A stretch of 64,000 bases of DNA from Candidatus Shapirobacteria bacterium (lineage in GTDB: Bacteria; Patescibacteriota; Microgenomatia; UBA12405). The notes beneath the pieces are model-generated. The model was given only the letters and a program-made list of their open reading frames with translations. It was not told the DNA's origin and ran no database searches. The stretch lies in NCBI GenBank assembly GCA_028700625.1, contig JAQVSI010000002.1, forward strand, positions 3,276 through 67,275. The letters run 5' to 3'. A program made the translations under genes and the position numbers. Positions 1 through 9,255 of this stretch are shown piece by piece. The stretch's first letter is position 1. Each line of letters begins with the position of its first letter.

Positions 1-441
1 TTTATCAGTTATATTTAAAATTAAATCTCCTGCTTTAACTCCAGCTTTCTCTGCTGGACTTTTTGGAAGTGGAGACACCACAGCCAAAGTCTTATCTTTA
101 TATCCCAAAGAAATACCAACTCCACCAAATTGACCAGCCAAATCCTCATTAGCACTCTTATTATCAGTTGGTGGTAAAAATACTGTATATGGATCATCAA
201 GAGCCGCTACCATTCCTTGAATAGCTCCATATTCCATATTTTTATCAATCATCTTGTCTTTTTCCAAAAAAGTCTGACTTAATTTATCTTTCACTTTCCA
301 CATTAAAGATAAATTTAACTTATTATTGCTACTTGTTATAACTCCAGCAGTATCCTTTCCAATTTTGAACCCAACCACAAAAACTACCGATAATAAGGCC
401 AAAATAACAAAAGTATTTCTTATATATTTAAAATTCATCAT
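1..441 (-). CDS. ctpA: C-terminal processing peptidase (S41, CtpA-like), N-terminal part; runs off the window edge
   Basis: The minus-strand translation starts MKFKYIRNTF... with a TM anchor, then DPYTVFLPP and a PDZ segment SPAEKAGVKAGDLIL. The start codon is at 439-441. Confidence 0.55.
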   Translation of the reverse strand, partial: MMNFKYIRNTFVILALLSVVFVVGFKIGKDTAGVITSSNNKLNLSLMWKVKDKLSQTFLEKDKMIDKNMEYGAIQGMVAALDDPYTVFLPPTDNKSANEDLAGQFGGVGISLGYKDKTLAVVSPLPKSPAEKAGVKAGDLILNITDK

Positions 442-1188
442 TTATTCTAACACTAATAATAGTTTGTCCTTCAAGGCGTTTACTAACATTTTTCTTTCTT
501 TTCCCAGATTATTTTTCATAAAATCATTCCAAATTTGATCTTCCAGTCTTAATATAGGCAATTTAAGGTCTACTTCTTTTATATCTTTATTACCATTGAC
601 TATTACTGCCTTAACTCCAACCACTATTGCTTTAAACAAAAAAGCTTTATCTAAATTACTAGTAAACAAAACATTACCATCTAACTCATAATTCAAAAAC
701 TTAATTTCATCAATAATCTTAATTTTTCCTTGGCCCCAAGCTTTCAACCCAGTCAAACCCTCCCCTTTATATTCCTTAGCTTTAAATTCTAAAACCATTT
801 TTCCCTCTTCAATTTTGCTAACTCTAGCTTCAACTGGTGTAAAAATTTCTTTCTTTTCATCTTCAACCATCTCTATTATTAAGTTTCTAAATTCATCTAA
901 ACCTAAACATAAACCAGTAGCTGGAAAACAAACTTTATTTTTAAAAATTCCTAAAGTACAAAAAATATCACCAATTTTAACCATTTTATTTTTAAAGGAA
1001 TTGTTTAAATCTTCTCTTACATCATCACTTATAGAAAATAACTTACCACTATAATCAAAAGTCTCAACTTTATGACTATTAAAAACTGCCAATTTATCCC
1101 CAACCTCAACTCTATCTCCAACTTTAACTAATATTTTAGCCTTAGTCGGTAATTTAATTACCCAAATAGATTTATCTTTTAACCTCAT
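442..1188 (-). CDS. hypothetical protein with a biotin/lipoyl-like KVGDRVEVGDKLAV motif
   Basis: 248-aa ORF with no recognisable catalytic motif. Confidence 0.35.
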   Translation of the reverse strand: MRLKDKSIWVIKLPTKAKILVKVGDRVEVGDKLAVFNSHKVETFDYSGKLFSISDDVREDLNNSFKNKMVKIGDIFCTLGIFKNKVCFPATGLCLGLDEFRNLIIEMVEDEKKEIFTPVEARVSKIEEGKMVLEFKAKEYKGEGLTGLKAWGQGKIKIIDEIKFLNYELDGNVLFTSNLDKAFLFKAIVVGVKAVIVNGNKDIKEVDLKLPILRLEDQIWNDFMKNNLGKERKMLVNALKDKLLLVLE

Positions 1189-1203
1189 CTTTTAATTATA
1201 ACC

Positions 1204-1225
1204 AAAAAACCCCGCCAACGCGGGG
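1204..1225 (-). terminator. rho-independent terminator downstream of rpsR
   Basis: Hairpin CCCCGCC-AAC-GCGGGG at 1210-1225. An A-run at 1204-1209 gives a T-run on the minus strand. Confidence 0.6.
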
Positions 1226-1245
1226 TTTAAAATTTTAAAGGGGTT

Positions 1246-1497
1246 TTACTTGGTAGTAAAAGGCATCAAGGCTAAATGTCTAGCTTGTTTAATCGCCTTT
1301 ACTAATTTTCTTTGATGTTTAGAACAAACTCCACTAAATTGAGATCCTAAAATTCTAGATCTAGCCGATAAAAATTCCATCATTTTTTCATATTCTTGCC
1401 AAACAGGAGTAGTATTTGTTTTACAATAAGAACAACCTTTTTCTCGACCTCTTCTTTTTGCTGCTAATATATTATCTCTTTTGCTTTTTTTAATCAT
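1246..1497 (-). CDS. rpsR: 30S ribosomal protein S18
   Basis: 83 aa, basic, with the S18-like core RRGREKGCSYC. It sits in an rpsF-ssb-rpsR arrangement. Confidence 0.8.
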   Translation of the reverse strand: MIKKSKRDNILAAKRRGREKGCSYCKTNTTPVWQEYEKMMEFLSARSRILGSQFSGVCSKHQRKLVKAIKQARHLALMPFTTK

Positions 1498-1506
1498 ATT
1501 TTCTCC

Positions 1507-2025
1507 TTAAAAAGGCATTTCGTCAGCCTTTTTATCCTCAACGGGTTCAGTAACAGGAATTTCTCCTAAATCATCAGGAATAATAATATCTTCAATTGGA
1601 GTATCTTTACCTTCTGTTACTATTGGCAGTTCAGCTTCACCACCACCTAAATCACCAGAAACATTGTTTTCATGATCTCCACCATTACCTTTATTATCAA
1701 GAATTATCATATCATCAATTATAATTTCAGCGATTTGTTTTTTGTTATTTTCTTGATCCATAAAATCTCTATATTGGATCCTTCCATCAACATAAACTCT
1801 TCGACCTTTGGATAAAAGTTGTGAACAAAGTTCAGCTAGTTTATTCCAAGCCACAATTCGGTGAAATTGAGCATCTTCTTTTCTTTCACCTTGTTTAGTA
1901 ACCCAAACTCGATTGGTAGCCAGACCAAAAGAAACCACAGCCATACCAGCTGGGGTATATCTTAATTCTGGATCACGAGTTAAATTACCAATTAACATTA
2001 CTCTGTTTAGACATCTACTTGGCAT
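1507..2025 (-). CDS. ssb: single-stranded DNA-binding protein
   Basis: OB-fold N-terminus, a Gly-rich linker and an acidic C-terminal tail ending DEMPF. Confidence 0.85.
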   Translation of the reverse strand: MPSRCLNRVMLIGNLTRDPELRYTPAGMAVVSFGLATNRVWVTKQGERKEDAQFHRIVAWNKLAELCSQLLSKGRRVYVDGRIQYRDFMDQENNKKQIAEIIIDDMIILDNKGNGGDHENNVSGDLGGGEAELPIVTEGKDTPIEDIIIPDDLGEIPVTEPVEDKKADEMPF

Positions 2026-2037
2026 AGTTTTTTCCTC

Positions 2038-2328
2038 TTACTTTTTTAAAATTAAATAACGAATAATATTTGTTTCTCTATCTAACAAAAGATTAAATTC
2101 TTTTACTTTTAAAGATTCTTTAGAATCCACATCTAAAACCCAAAAATCACCCTTAGTATTATCTTCTATTTCATAAGCTAAATCTTTAATACCCATATGA
2201 TCTTTATTAGAGATCTCTGCTTTTCTACTTTCTAACCAAGAATAAGCTTTATTTAAAACTTTTTCCTTGTCTTCGGTTTTCAAACTTAAAACCAAAATGA
2301 TTTGATATTGATGTTTATTTCCTTTCAT
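2038..2328 (-). CDS. rpsF: 30S ribosomal protein S6
   Basis: 96 aa starting MKGNKHQYQIILVL, directly upstream of ssb and rpsR. Confidence 0.75.
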   Translation of the reverse strand: MKGNKHQYQIILVLSLKTEDKEKVLNKAYSWLESRKAEISNKDHMGIKDLAYEIEDNTKGDFWVLDVDSKESLKVKEFNLLLDRETNIIRYLILKK

Positions 2329-2366
2329 GGACTAATTAGATTAACATATTGAACGTAATTTGACAA

Positions 2367-3728
2367 TTACTTTATTGGTCTTATTTTACAGGTATTTCCT
2401 AAATCTTCAACTAGATAACCCTTATTTTTGATAATTTTCCTCAACCTGTCAGACTCTGCCCAATTTTTAGTCTCTCTAGCTTTTTGCCTATCTTCAATTA
2501 ATTTAGCAATTTCATCTGAAATCTGAAAACTAACATCTGAGACCTCACTCAAGTTTAATCCTAAAACCTTATCAAAATCTAAAATAGTTGCCCATTTTTC
2601 TTCTGGATTTAAATCTGATTTAATCACCTTCCAAACTATCGCCATAGCCTCTGGCATTGCTAAATCATTAGAAATGGCCTCAACAAATTCATTTTTAAAA
2701 TCTAAATTCACTTGAGAAATTTGATCCGTTTTATAACTTCTTAATTTATTTAATGCTGTTTTAGCTGCTTTCAAAGACTCCAAAGAAAAAACTAAACCAT
2801 TTCTATAATGACTACTCAAAACCAAATATCTAAAAAATAAAGGATCATAACCCATCTCTTCAAGCTGTTGAATTGTATAAACATTTCCCAAAGATTTACT
2901 CATTTTTCCTTCTTTAAGGGTTAACCAAGCATTATGCACCCAAAATTTTGCCGTATTATGACCAAAAGCCCCAAAACCTTGAGCTATTTCATTAGAATGA
3001 TGAACCCCAATATGTTCAATTCCACCAGTATGAATATCAAAAGTTTCACCTAAATACTTTGTTGACATAGCAGTACATTCCAAATGCCAACCTGGAAAAC
3101 CTTCACCCCAAGGACTTTGCCATTTCATAATATGATTTGGTTGATTGGTGATCCAAAGCAAAAAATCCCATGGATTTTTTTTATCTTCATCAACTTCAAC
3201 TCGTGATCCAGATTCCAGCTCTTCCAATCTCAAATTAGCAAATTTATCATAATCAGAAAATTTTGAAGTATCAAAAACTAAACCAGTTTTAGTTTTATAA
3301 GTAAATCCCCTCTTTTCCAATTTTTTAGCCAAATTAATTTGCTCTTCAATATGCTCAGTTGCTTTTGGTAAAAAATTAGGAGTAATTATGTTTAATTTAT
3401 CTAGACTATCTATAAATTGTTCTTCATATTTCTTAGCAATTTCCCAAGATGTTAAACCTTCTCTTTTTGCCCCTTTTTCCATTTTATCTTCACCGCTATC
3501 AGCATCTGAAGTATTGTGTCCAACATCAGTTATATTCATCACCCAAGTAACATCATAATCTAAATACCTTAAAACTCTAACTAAAATATCCCAACTTAAA
3601 AAAGCATACATATTTCCAATATGCTGATTCCAATAAACTGTTGGTCCACATGAATAGATACCCACTTTATTTTCTTTTATTGGCTTAAACTCTTGTTTTT
3701 CTCTAACTAAAGTATTATAAAGTTTCAT
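2367..3728 (-). CDS. cysS: cysteine--tRNA ligase
   Basis: HIGN (HIGH) and KMSKS motifs, plus the Zn-binding Cys and His residues of class I CysRS. Confidence 0.9.
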   Translation of the reverse strand: MKLYNTLVREKQEFKPIKENKVGIYSCGPTVYWNQHIGNMYAFLSWDILVRVLRYLDYDVTWVMNITDVGHNTSDADSGEDKMEKGAKREGLTSWEIAKKYEEQFIDSLDKLNIITPNFLPKATEHIEEQINLAKKLEKRGFTYKTKTGLVFDTSKFSDYDKFANLRLEELESGSRVEVDEDKKNPWDFLLWITNQPNHIMKWQSPWGEGFPGWHLECTAMSTKYLGETFDIHTGGIEHIGVHHSNEIAQGFGAFGHNTAKFWVHNAWLTLKEGKMSKSLGNVYTIQQLEEMGYDPLFFRYLVLSSHYRNGLVFSLESLKAAKTALNKLRSYKTDQISQVNLDFKNEFVEAISNDLAMPEAMAIVWKVIKSDLNPEEKWATILDFDKVLGLNLSEVSDVSFQISDEIAKLIEDRQKARETKNWAESDRLRKIIKNKGYLVEDLGNTCKIRPIK

Positions 3729-3731
3729 CTT

Positions 3732-4214
3732 TTAATCTATTTTACCCTTAAACTCAGCTGTTTGCGACATTTGGCTTTGGTCTGGTTGTTGGGTTTTTCT
3801 TTTATTACCACCCTTATCTTTATGATGCTTATTAGAATTTCCCATCATTTCATCATAGTTAGCAATTTGTTCTTGTCTTTCCACCTCTCTTTGTTTCCTT
3901 AAATTTTCTAAAAAATTTCTTTCTTTTTCTTCCTCTTCTTGTTTCTTTTGATTGGATATTTGTTTAATTTCGCCTTCTATATTTCTTCCAGATATCCGAG
4001 ATCTGACATCTGATATCTCTTTTTGTTTCTTTCTTTCCTCTTCAGCTTTTTTTTGAGCCATTTCTTGTTCACTTAATGGCTTAATATCACCTAAAAGTTC
4101 CTGGGCTGTGATTACAGATTCGGCAATTTTTCCAGTTTCTTCAATCAACTTTTCCACTGTCTCCTGACCTAGTTGTTTCATCCCTTTCCCAAAATCTTTT
4201 ATTATCTGATTCAT
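3732..4214 (-). CDS. hypothetical Lys/Glu-rich coiled-coil protein
   Basis: Low-complexity charged ORF. It contains an ATCTGAN heptamer repeat segment at 3991-4019. Confidence 0.4.
   Translation of the reverse strand: MNQIIKDFGKGMKQLGQETVEKLIEETGKIAESVITAQELLGDIKPLSEQEMAQKKAEEERKKQKEISDVRSRISGRNIEGEIKQISNQKKQEEEEKERNFLENLRKQREVERQEQIANYDEMMGNSNKHHKDKGGNKRKTQQPDQSQMSQTAEFKGKID
3991..4019. repeat. ATCTGAN heptamer repeats
   Basis: GATATCCGAGATCTGACATCTGATATCTC. Confidence 0.5.
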
Positions 4215-4220
4215 AATTTA

Positions 4221-4844
4221 TTATATCTCCCTCCTTCCATCCATAGCTCGGCTCAAAGTTGCCTGATCAGCATACTCTAAATCTGCTCCCATCGGTAAAC
4301 CACTCCCAATTCTTGAAATTTTTAAATTTTTACCCTGTAAATTTTCTAATTTTTTCTTAATATACAAAGCAGTAGCTTCACCTTCCATAGTCGGATTTGT
4401 CGCCAGGATTACTTCTATTTGATCATTAGAAATTAGAAATTGATTATTTACTCTTTTAATCAATTCATCAATTTTCAAATCATCTGGTCCTATGTGTTCT
4501 AAAGGATTAACCACCCCACCTAAAACATGATAAACACCTTTAAACCCTCCAATATTTTCAATTGCCACCACATCAATTGCTCTTTCAACCACACAGATAA
4601 TTTTTTTATTTCTTTGTGAATCTTCACAAATTGAACAAATTTCTCCTTCACAAACCGAAAAACATTCTTTACAAATCTTTACTTCTTTTTTTATTGCCAA
4701 AAGAGATCTAGCAATTTCCGAAACATAAGACTCTGGGGTATTTATTAAATAAAAAACCAATCTGCTTGCACTCTTCGGTCCAATACCCGGCAATCTTTCA
4801 AAAGCCGAAATTAAATTATTGATACTTTTTGGTAATTCCGCCAT
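4221..4844 (-). CDS. recR: recombination protein RecR
   Basis: C4 zinc finger CKECFSVCEGEICSIC and a Toprim domain. The start was moved to an internal Met (MAELPKS) because the longer ORF overlaps ybaB. Confidence 0.85.
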   Translation of the reverse strand: MAELPKSINNLISAFERLPGIGPKSASRLVFYLINTPESYVSEIARSLLAIKKEVKICKECFSVCEGEICSICEDSQRNKKIICVVERAIDVVAIENIGGFKGVYHVLGGVVNPLEHIGPDDLKIDELIKRVNNQFLISNDQIEVILATNPTMEGEATALYIKKKLENLQGKNLKISRIGSGLPMGADLEYADQATLSRAMDGRREI

Positions 4845-4845
4845 T

Positions 4846-4868
4846 TTGGATATTAGAAATTGGAAATT
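4846..4868. repeat. TTGGAAA heptamer repeats at the ybaB-recR junction
   Basis: TTGGATATTAGAAATTGGAAATT. Confidence 0.4.
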
Positions 4869-5115
4869 AAAAAAGTCCCTCAAGCCCTCCCATATCCTTC
4901 ATTCTTTTAGCAGCCATTTCTTGAGATTTTTTCATTGTTTTATTAATAGTGTCAATTAAAATTTTATTTTCAACCCCATTTACTGATAAAAATTTAAGTT
5001 TTTGATCACCAGTTACAATCACCTTAATTCCATTTTCTTCAAGTTCAATCGATTCAGCTTCAATTGCTTTTTTCAATTTATAAGCCTGTGCTAACATTTT
5101 TGTTTTATCAAACAT
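4867..5115 (-). CDS. ybaB: nucleoid-associated protein YbaB/EbfC
   Basis: 82 aa in the conserved dnaX-ybaB-recR gene order. Confidence 0.7.
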   Translation of the reverse strand: MFDKTKMLAQAYKLKKAIEAESIELEENGIKVIVTGDQKLKFLSVNGVENKILIDTINKTMKKSQEMAAKRMKDMGGLEGLF

Positions 5116-5155
5116 AATTTAAATTAACTTTTAATAAACCTATTATAACTTATAA

Positions 5156-5206
5156 AAGCCTCCCATTTTTCAAGGAGAGGTGCTCGAAGGACGGAGGGGT
5201 TTTAAC
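5156..5206. repeat. CCTCCC-TTGACA-GGGAGG hairpin family, copy D
   Basis: Between dnaX and ybaB. The minus strand reads TTAAAACCCC..CCTCTCCTTGAAAAATGGGAGG, followed by TATAAT. Confidence 0.5.
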
Positions 5207-6752
5207 CAAAGATTTCTTTCGCCACATCATAAATATCTCCACCACCAGATTCACTTTTATTTTCCACAAATTGATCGCTCACATTTTCCATTGGAGTATC
5301 ATTTTTAATGACTAAAGGTTCTTTTTTATTTTTTCCCAAGACACATTCAAAACACAAATCAACTCCAAAAACTTTTGTCATACAGTCTTCTACTATTTTT
5401 CTATTTTTTGCTTCTTCCAATCTGTCTTTATGAAAGGGATAAAAAACTTCTAAAAGTAAGATTTTTCCTTTAATTGAACGTGGTCTAGATGCTCTCAAAA
5501 ACGCTTCTACTGAATGATTATAAGGTTTAATTGTCGTCAATAAATTTCTCCATTTCTCCTTAACTTTTTCAACCTCAATCGAACAATTTTTCATTTGTAC
5601 GGGCGTATTACAATACGCCTCTTCAGCTAAAACCTTCACTTCTTCTGTCTTTTCATCTGAGATCTGAGATCTGAAATCTGAAATATCGGGTTTGATATCT
5701 GAGATCTGAGATCTTTTTTGTCCCACAAACTCAACAACTGCCAATTCTAATGGCAACTGATCTATTTCTACTTCTTTTTCTTGTTTAGATGCTTTAACTA
5801 ATAAGTTTATAAAAAATTCAGATTCACTCAAATTTAAACCATTCTGGTTTTCAGAACCCAAACCATAAAAAGATAAAATTTTCTTTTGAAAAAAATTCAT
5901 TAATTTTAATCTAAAACTAGAAAAATCAATTCCCTCTGTTGCCATCTTTTCTAATTTTTCCAAAATTAATTTAATTTCACCTTTATCCAAATCTTTATCG
6001 AAATCTTCTTCACTATAATTACCACTCTTATCCAAATAAAACTTAAAAACTTCCTCTGACTTTAATTTTTTTCCCAACTGCAAATATAATTCATTAAAAT
6101 TTCTCTGCAAATTTCTAAAACTACCATCACTCTTTTCTATAATAAAATCAACTGCCTCCTTAGCAATTTCAATTCCTTCTCCATCAATAATTTTTTTAAG
6201 TGAATTATTTAAAGCATCTTTTCCACCTTTTCTAAAGTCAACCCTTACTAACCTCGATAATACTGTTTCAGGGATTTTTTCGGCATCAGTAGTGCACAAA
6301 ACAAAAATTGTATGTTTAGGCGGTTCCTCAATTAACTTTAGAAGTGCATTAAAAGCATCTTTAGTTAACATATGAACTTCGTCAATAATAAAAACTTTTT
6401 TAGTTAACTTACTTGGTAATAAATAAGCTTTATCTTTTAAACTTCGAACATCTTCAATTCCTCGGTTTGATGCTCCATCCATTTCAATAACATCCATCGC
6501 TGAACCTTTTAATATTTCTTTACAATTATCACATTTTCCACAAGGCTCGCCATCTTTCAAATCATTACAATTAGTTGCTCTGGCCAAAATTCTGGCTGCT
6601 GATGTTTTTCCCGATCCCTTTGGTCCAGAAAATAAAAAAGATTGAGGTACATCTTTAGCTGATAAAAATTTCTTCAAACTAATTGCCACATCGGTCAAAT
6701 CCAAATCTGAAAACTTAATTGGTCTATATTTTAAGTGAAAAACTGACATCAA
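5202..6752 (-). CDS. dnaX: DNA polymerase III subunit tau/gamma
   Basis: Walker A GPKGSGKTS and the Zn module CGKCDNCKEI. It carries in-frame heptamer repeats at 5655-5714 and a degenerate palindromic element at 5597-5619. Confidence 0.85.
   Translation of the reverse strand: MMSVFHLKYRPIKFSDLDLTDVAISLKKFLSAKDVPQSFLFSGPKGSGKTSAARILARATNCNDLKDGEPCGKCDNCKEILKGSAMDVIEMDGASNRGIEDVRSLKDKAYLLPSKLTKKVFIIDEVHMLTKDAFNALLKLIEEPPKHTIFVLCTTDAEKIPETVLSRLVRVDFRKGGKDALNNSLKKIIDGEGIEIAKEAVDFIIEKSDGSFRNLQRNFNELYLQLGKKLKSEEVFKFYLDKSGNYSEEDFDKDLDKGEIKLILEKLEKMATEGIDFSSFRLKLMNFFQKKILSFYGLGSENQNGLNLSESEFFINLLVKASKQEKEVEIDQLPLELAVVEFVGQKRSQISDIKPDISDFRSQISDEKTEEVKVLAEEAYCNTPVQMKNCSIEVEKVKEKWRNLLTTIKPYNHSVEAFLRASRPRSIKGKILLLEVFYPFHKDRLEEAKNRKIVEDCMTKVFGVDLCFECVLGKNKKEPLVIKNDTPMENVSDQFVENKSESGGGDIYDVAKEIFG
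5597..5619. repeat. palindromic element P1, a degenerate copy inside dnaX
   Basis: GTACGGGCGTATTACAATACGCC. It encodes AYCNTPVQ in the dnaX reading frame. Confidence 0.5.
5655..5714. repeat. ATCTGAG heptamer tandem repeats, two blocks inside dnaX
   Basis: CATCTGAGATCTGAGATCTGAAATCTGAAAT ... ATATCTGAGATCTGAGATCT. Confidence 0.6.
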
Positions 6753-6798
6753 AAGATTAAACCAAAATAGCTAATCTTTTACAATAATCGTAAGTGTA

Positions 6799-7161
6799 TC
6801 ATTTCAATAAATTTTCAACACCATGAATCAGCCAACTGTATAAAACAGTATCTAAATTCGACTTTTGAAATTTAATTTCGTACTTTAATTTTTGAGTGCA
6901 AATTACAATATCCCCCAATCTAATTTTCCCATCAGCATCCATTTTTTTTGACATAGGAAATCCTAAAACTTGAGGAATATAATCCATTTTTCGATAGTTA
7001 ATATTTAGATCACGAGCAACTTTTCTTCCCACAAATCTAATACTCAATTCCACATCTTTTATAAATCCTTTTTCTTTTAAAGCTTTAATAGCTAATCTCT
7101 CAATTAAATTCTTATCCAATCCAAAATTCTTATTATTATTTATTAAAATTATATTATCCAT
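6799..7161 (-). CDS. ybeY: rRNA maturation RNase YbeY-like; C-terminus looks truncated
   Basis: The ORF ends at LIHGVENLLK, just after the first His of the expected H..H..H motif. Confidence 0.45.
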   Translation of the reverse strand: MDNIILINNNKNFGLDKNLIERLAIKALKEKGFIKDVELSIRFVGRKVARDLNINYRKMDYIPQVLGFPMSKKMDADGKIRLGDIVICTQKLKYEIKFQKSNLDTVLYSWLIHGVENLLK

Positions 7162-7167
7162 TTTTTT

Positions 7168-7195
7168 GTACGGGCGTATTGCAATACGCCCCTAC
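7168..7195. repeat. palindromic element P2, the intergenic copy
   Basis: GTACGGGCGTATTGCAATACGCCCCTAC, with a perfect 8-bp stem GGGCGTAT/ATACGCCC. Confidence 0.6.
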
Positions 7196-7630
7196 CTATA
7201 TATTTTCTATTTTTTCTTTTACAATTTTTGAAATTAATCCACCATCCACTGTTCCACCAGTTTTAATCATCACTTCTTTCATAACAAATCCAAAATTATT
7301 CCCCTTATCTATTATCGCTTGGTTTACAATTTCTCTAACTTTTTCTTCACTGATATCTTCTGGTAAATATTCTTTAACTACTAAAATTTCATAATCTAAT
7401 TCGTCAACTAAATCTTGCCTGCCGCCTTTTAAAAACATTTCTCTTGATTCTTCCTTATTTTTTAATTCTTTTCTCAAAACCATCATCTCCTCAGCTTCTG
7501 TCAAAGCTCCGGGTGGCAGTTGTAATTCTTTTTTATCAATCAATGAAATCAAAAATCGCAACACATCCACCCGCTTATTATCACGGTTCTTCAACGCATT
7601 AAAACTATCTTGTTTTAATTTATTTCGCAT
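7196..7630 (-). CDS. GatB/YqeY domain protein
   Basis: YqeY-like sequence. The start was moved to the internal Met (MRNKLK) to avoid overlapping rpsU. Confidence 0.6.
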   Translation of the reverse strand: MRNKLKQDSFNALKNRDNKRVDVLRFLISLIDKKELQLPPGALTEAEEMMVLRKELKNKEESREMFLKGGRQDLVDELDYEILVVKEYLPEDISEEKVREIVNQAIIDKGNNFGFVMKEVMIKTGGTVDGGLISKIVKEKIENI

Positions 7631-7838
7631 CGTGTCTCCTAGAATTTTTTGCTTTTCGGCGACATTTATCTCGCCAAACAATTATTTTCTTTTTAGCATA
7701 TCTTTCTTCCGAAGGTTTAACATAAGAAGTTCTTTTTCTAACTTCCTCAGTAATATCCTCTTCCAAACAAAGTCTCCTAAATTTACCTATAATATCGTCT
7801 TTTGATTCTCCTTTATTTTTCTTTACTATAATTGGCAT
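7620..7838 (-). CDS. rpsU: 30S ribosomal protein S21
   Basis: 72 aa, very basic, with KRTSYVKPSEERYAKKK and an RRK-rich tail. Confidence 0.8.
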   Translation of the reverse strand: MPIIVKKNKGESKDDIIGKFRRLCLEEDITEEVRKRTSYVKPSEERYAKKKIIVWRDKCRRKAKNSRRHDAK

Positions 7839-7880
7839 TAAAAATTCACACCTCCTTTAATTAAAAGTTCCTTATTTTAC

Positions 7881-8573
7881 CTATAATTTACTATCTTGTA
7901 AACACTTTATTCTATCCATACTATTTGTTATTGGTAGGTTATTATAAGTACCACCAATTTGGCATTTGTCTACATTTGATGGGGTGACTGTTCCTTTTGA
8001 ACAAGAAATATAGTCTATACTGTTAACAACTCCATCTTTATTATAATCAGTTGTTTTGTCACAAGTAGAAGTATTATTAGTAGTTGTTGATGAAGAAGCC
8101 ACAGGTGCTAATGTTGTAACTGGATTAATTAGTGCTACAGTTGGAACCGGTGTTTCACTAGAAACAACTTCTGAAACCTCACCTTTAGTCTTAAAGCTAT
8201 ACATCATTCCCCCATTGTCAAAAACATTATCACTATCGACCACAATTTTATAATAGTAAGAAGTGTTACTTCTTAAATTAGTTAACAAAATATTGTGATT
8301 AATAGTTGGTTCAACATCTTCTGCCATTAAAAGTAAACTAGCCATATTTGTTCCGTAAAAAATCGAAGCTTTAATCGATTTATCTGTTATCCACGAAATT
8401 GTAGCCGTCTTGCCATCTTCACTAGGAACATTCGTTAAATTCTGAGGTTCGTAACCAGCAATAGCTCCACTCATAAAAGTTTTAGCCACATTCAAACCCA
8501 AAACAGACAAAATTATGACCAAAATCAAAATAGCAAAAATTATAACTGTCTTTAAACTAACTTTTCCCTTCAT
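7881..8573 (-). CDS. secreted or surface protein with an FN3-like domain and a C-terminal dockerin-like repeat
   Basis: Signal/TM N-terminus, an FN3-like YYYKIVV stretch, a Thr/Ser linker, then DYNKDGVVNSIDY matching the DxNxDGxVNxxD dockerin loop. Confidence 0.45.
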   Translation of the reverse strand: MKGKVSLKTVIIFAILILVIILSVLGLNVAKTFMSGAIAGYEPQNLTNVPSEDGKTATISWITDKSIKASIFYGTNMASLLLMAEDVEPTINHNILLTNLRSNTSYYYKIVVDSDNVFDNGGMMYSFKTKGEVSEVVSSETPVPTVALINPVTTLAPVASSSTTTNNTSTCDKTTDYNKDGVVNSIDYISCSKGTVTPSNVDKCQIGGTYNNLPITNSMDRIKCLQDSKL

Positions 8574-9253
8574 AAGAATTTTAAAAATAAAGCTGAAAGT
8601 ATACTAACAGCTCCAAAGACAATCAAACCAACAGTTGAAGCAATTCCTCCAGTCTGTGGTAATTCAGTTGTAGTTGCAGCAGGGGTAGTTGTTGGTGTCG
8701 AACTAGTAGTGGTACCAATTGTGCTATTTATCGTATAAGACCCGCTTCCATTAGCTGAACAAACAATAATGTCTTTAATTGGTGTTGTCTGAACGATATT
8801 TGAATCAGATGGTTGACCGTTACAAGTATAACTAACAATAGCCGTACCAGCTGCTTTTGCCTTAAAAGTAATAACCATTAAATTTCCATTTACCACTTCA
8901 TCACCAGCCGTCATTGAAGAATTACAACTTGCCGAAAATTTTCCAACAGGCCATTCATCTTGTTTATTAAAAGAACAAGATCCTCCAGTTGTTGTTTTAT
9001 TAAAAGCCATAGAAGTCGCTGTTTCTATTTTTGTTATTTCCAATTTAGTAGAATCAAAAGTTCCAATCATATCAACAGCTCCTGCTACTTGACCAGCTGA
9101 ATCAATCAACATGGTTACCGTAAAAGTATCATTAAGATTATATGTCCCTGTTGCAGGAGAAAAAGAAAGATTAGGATCAACTGCAGCTACAACATTACCC
9201 GACATCAACAAAAATGCCGCTGCTAAAAATAAATTCAATACTGTCTTTTTCAT
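8570..9253 (-). CDS. cell-wall-anchored cohesin-like protein (LPXTG)
   Basis: Signal peptide, a roughly 150-aa beta-rich domain with cohesin-like GTFDSTKLEI and ITFKAKAAG stretches, a TS-rich linker, then LPQTGG followed by a hydrophobic tail. Confidence 0.45.
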   Translation of the reverse strand: MKKTVLNLFLAAAFLLMSGNVVAAVDPNLSFSPATGTYNLNDTFTVTMLIDSAGQVAGAVDMIGTFDSTKLEITKIETATSMAFNKTTTGGSCSFNKQDEWPVGKFSASCNSSMTAGDEVVNGNLMVITFKAKAAGTAIVSYTCNGQPSDSNIVQTTPIKDIIVCSANGSGSYTINSTIGTTTSSTPTTTPAATTTELPQTGGIASTVGLIVFGAVSILSALFLKFL

Positions 9254-9255
9254 TT

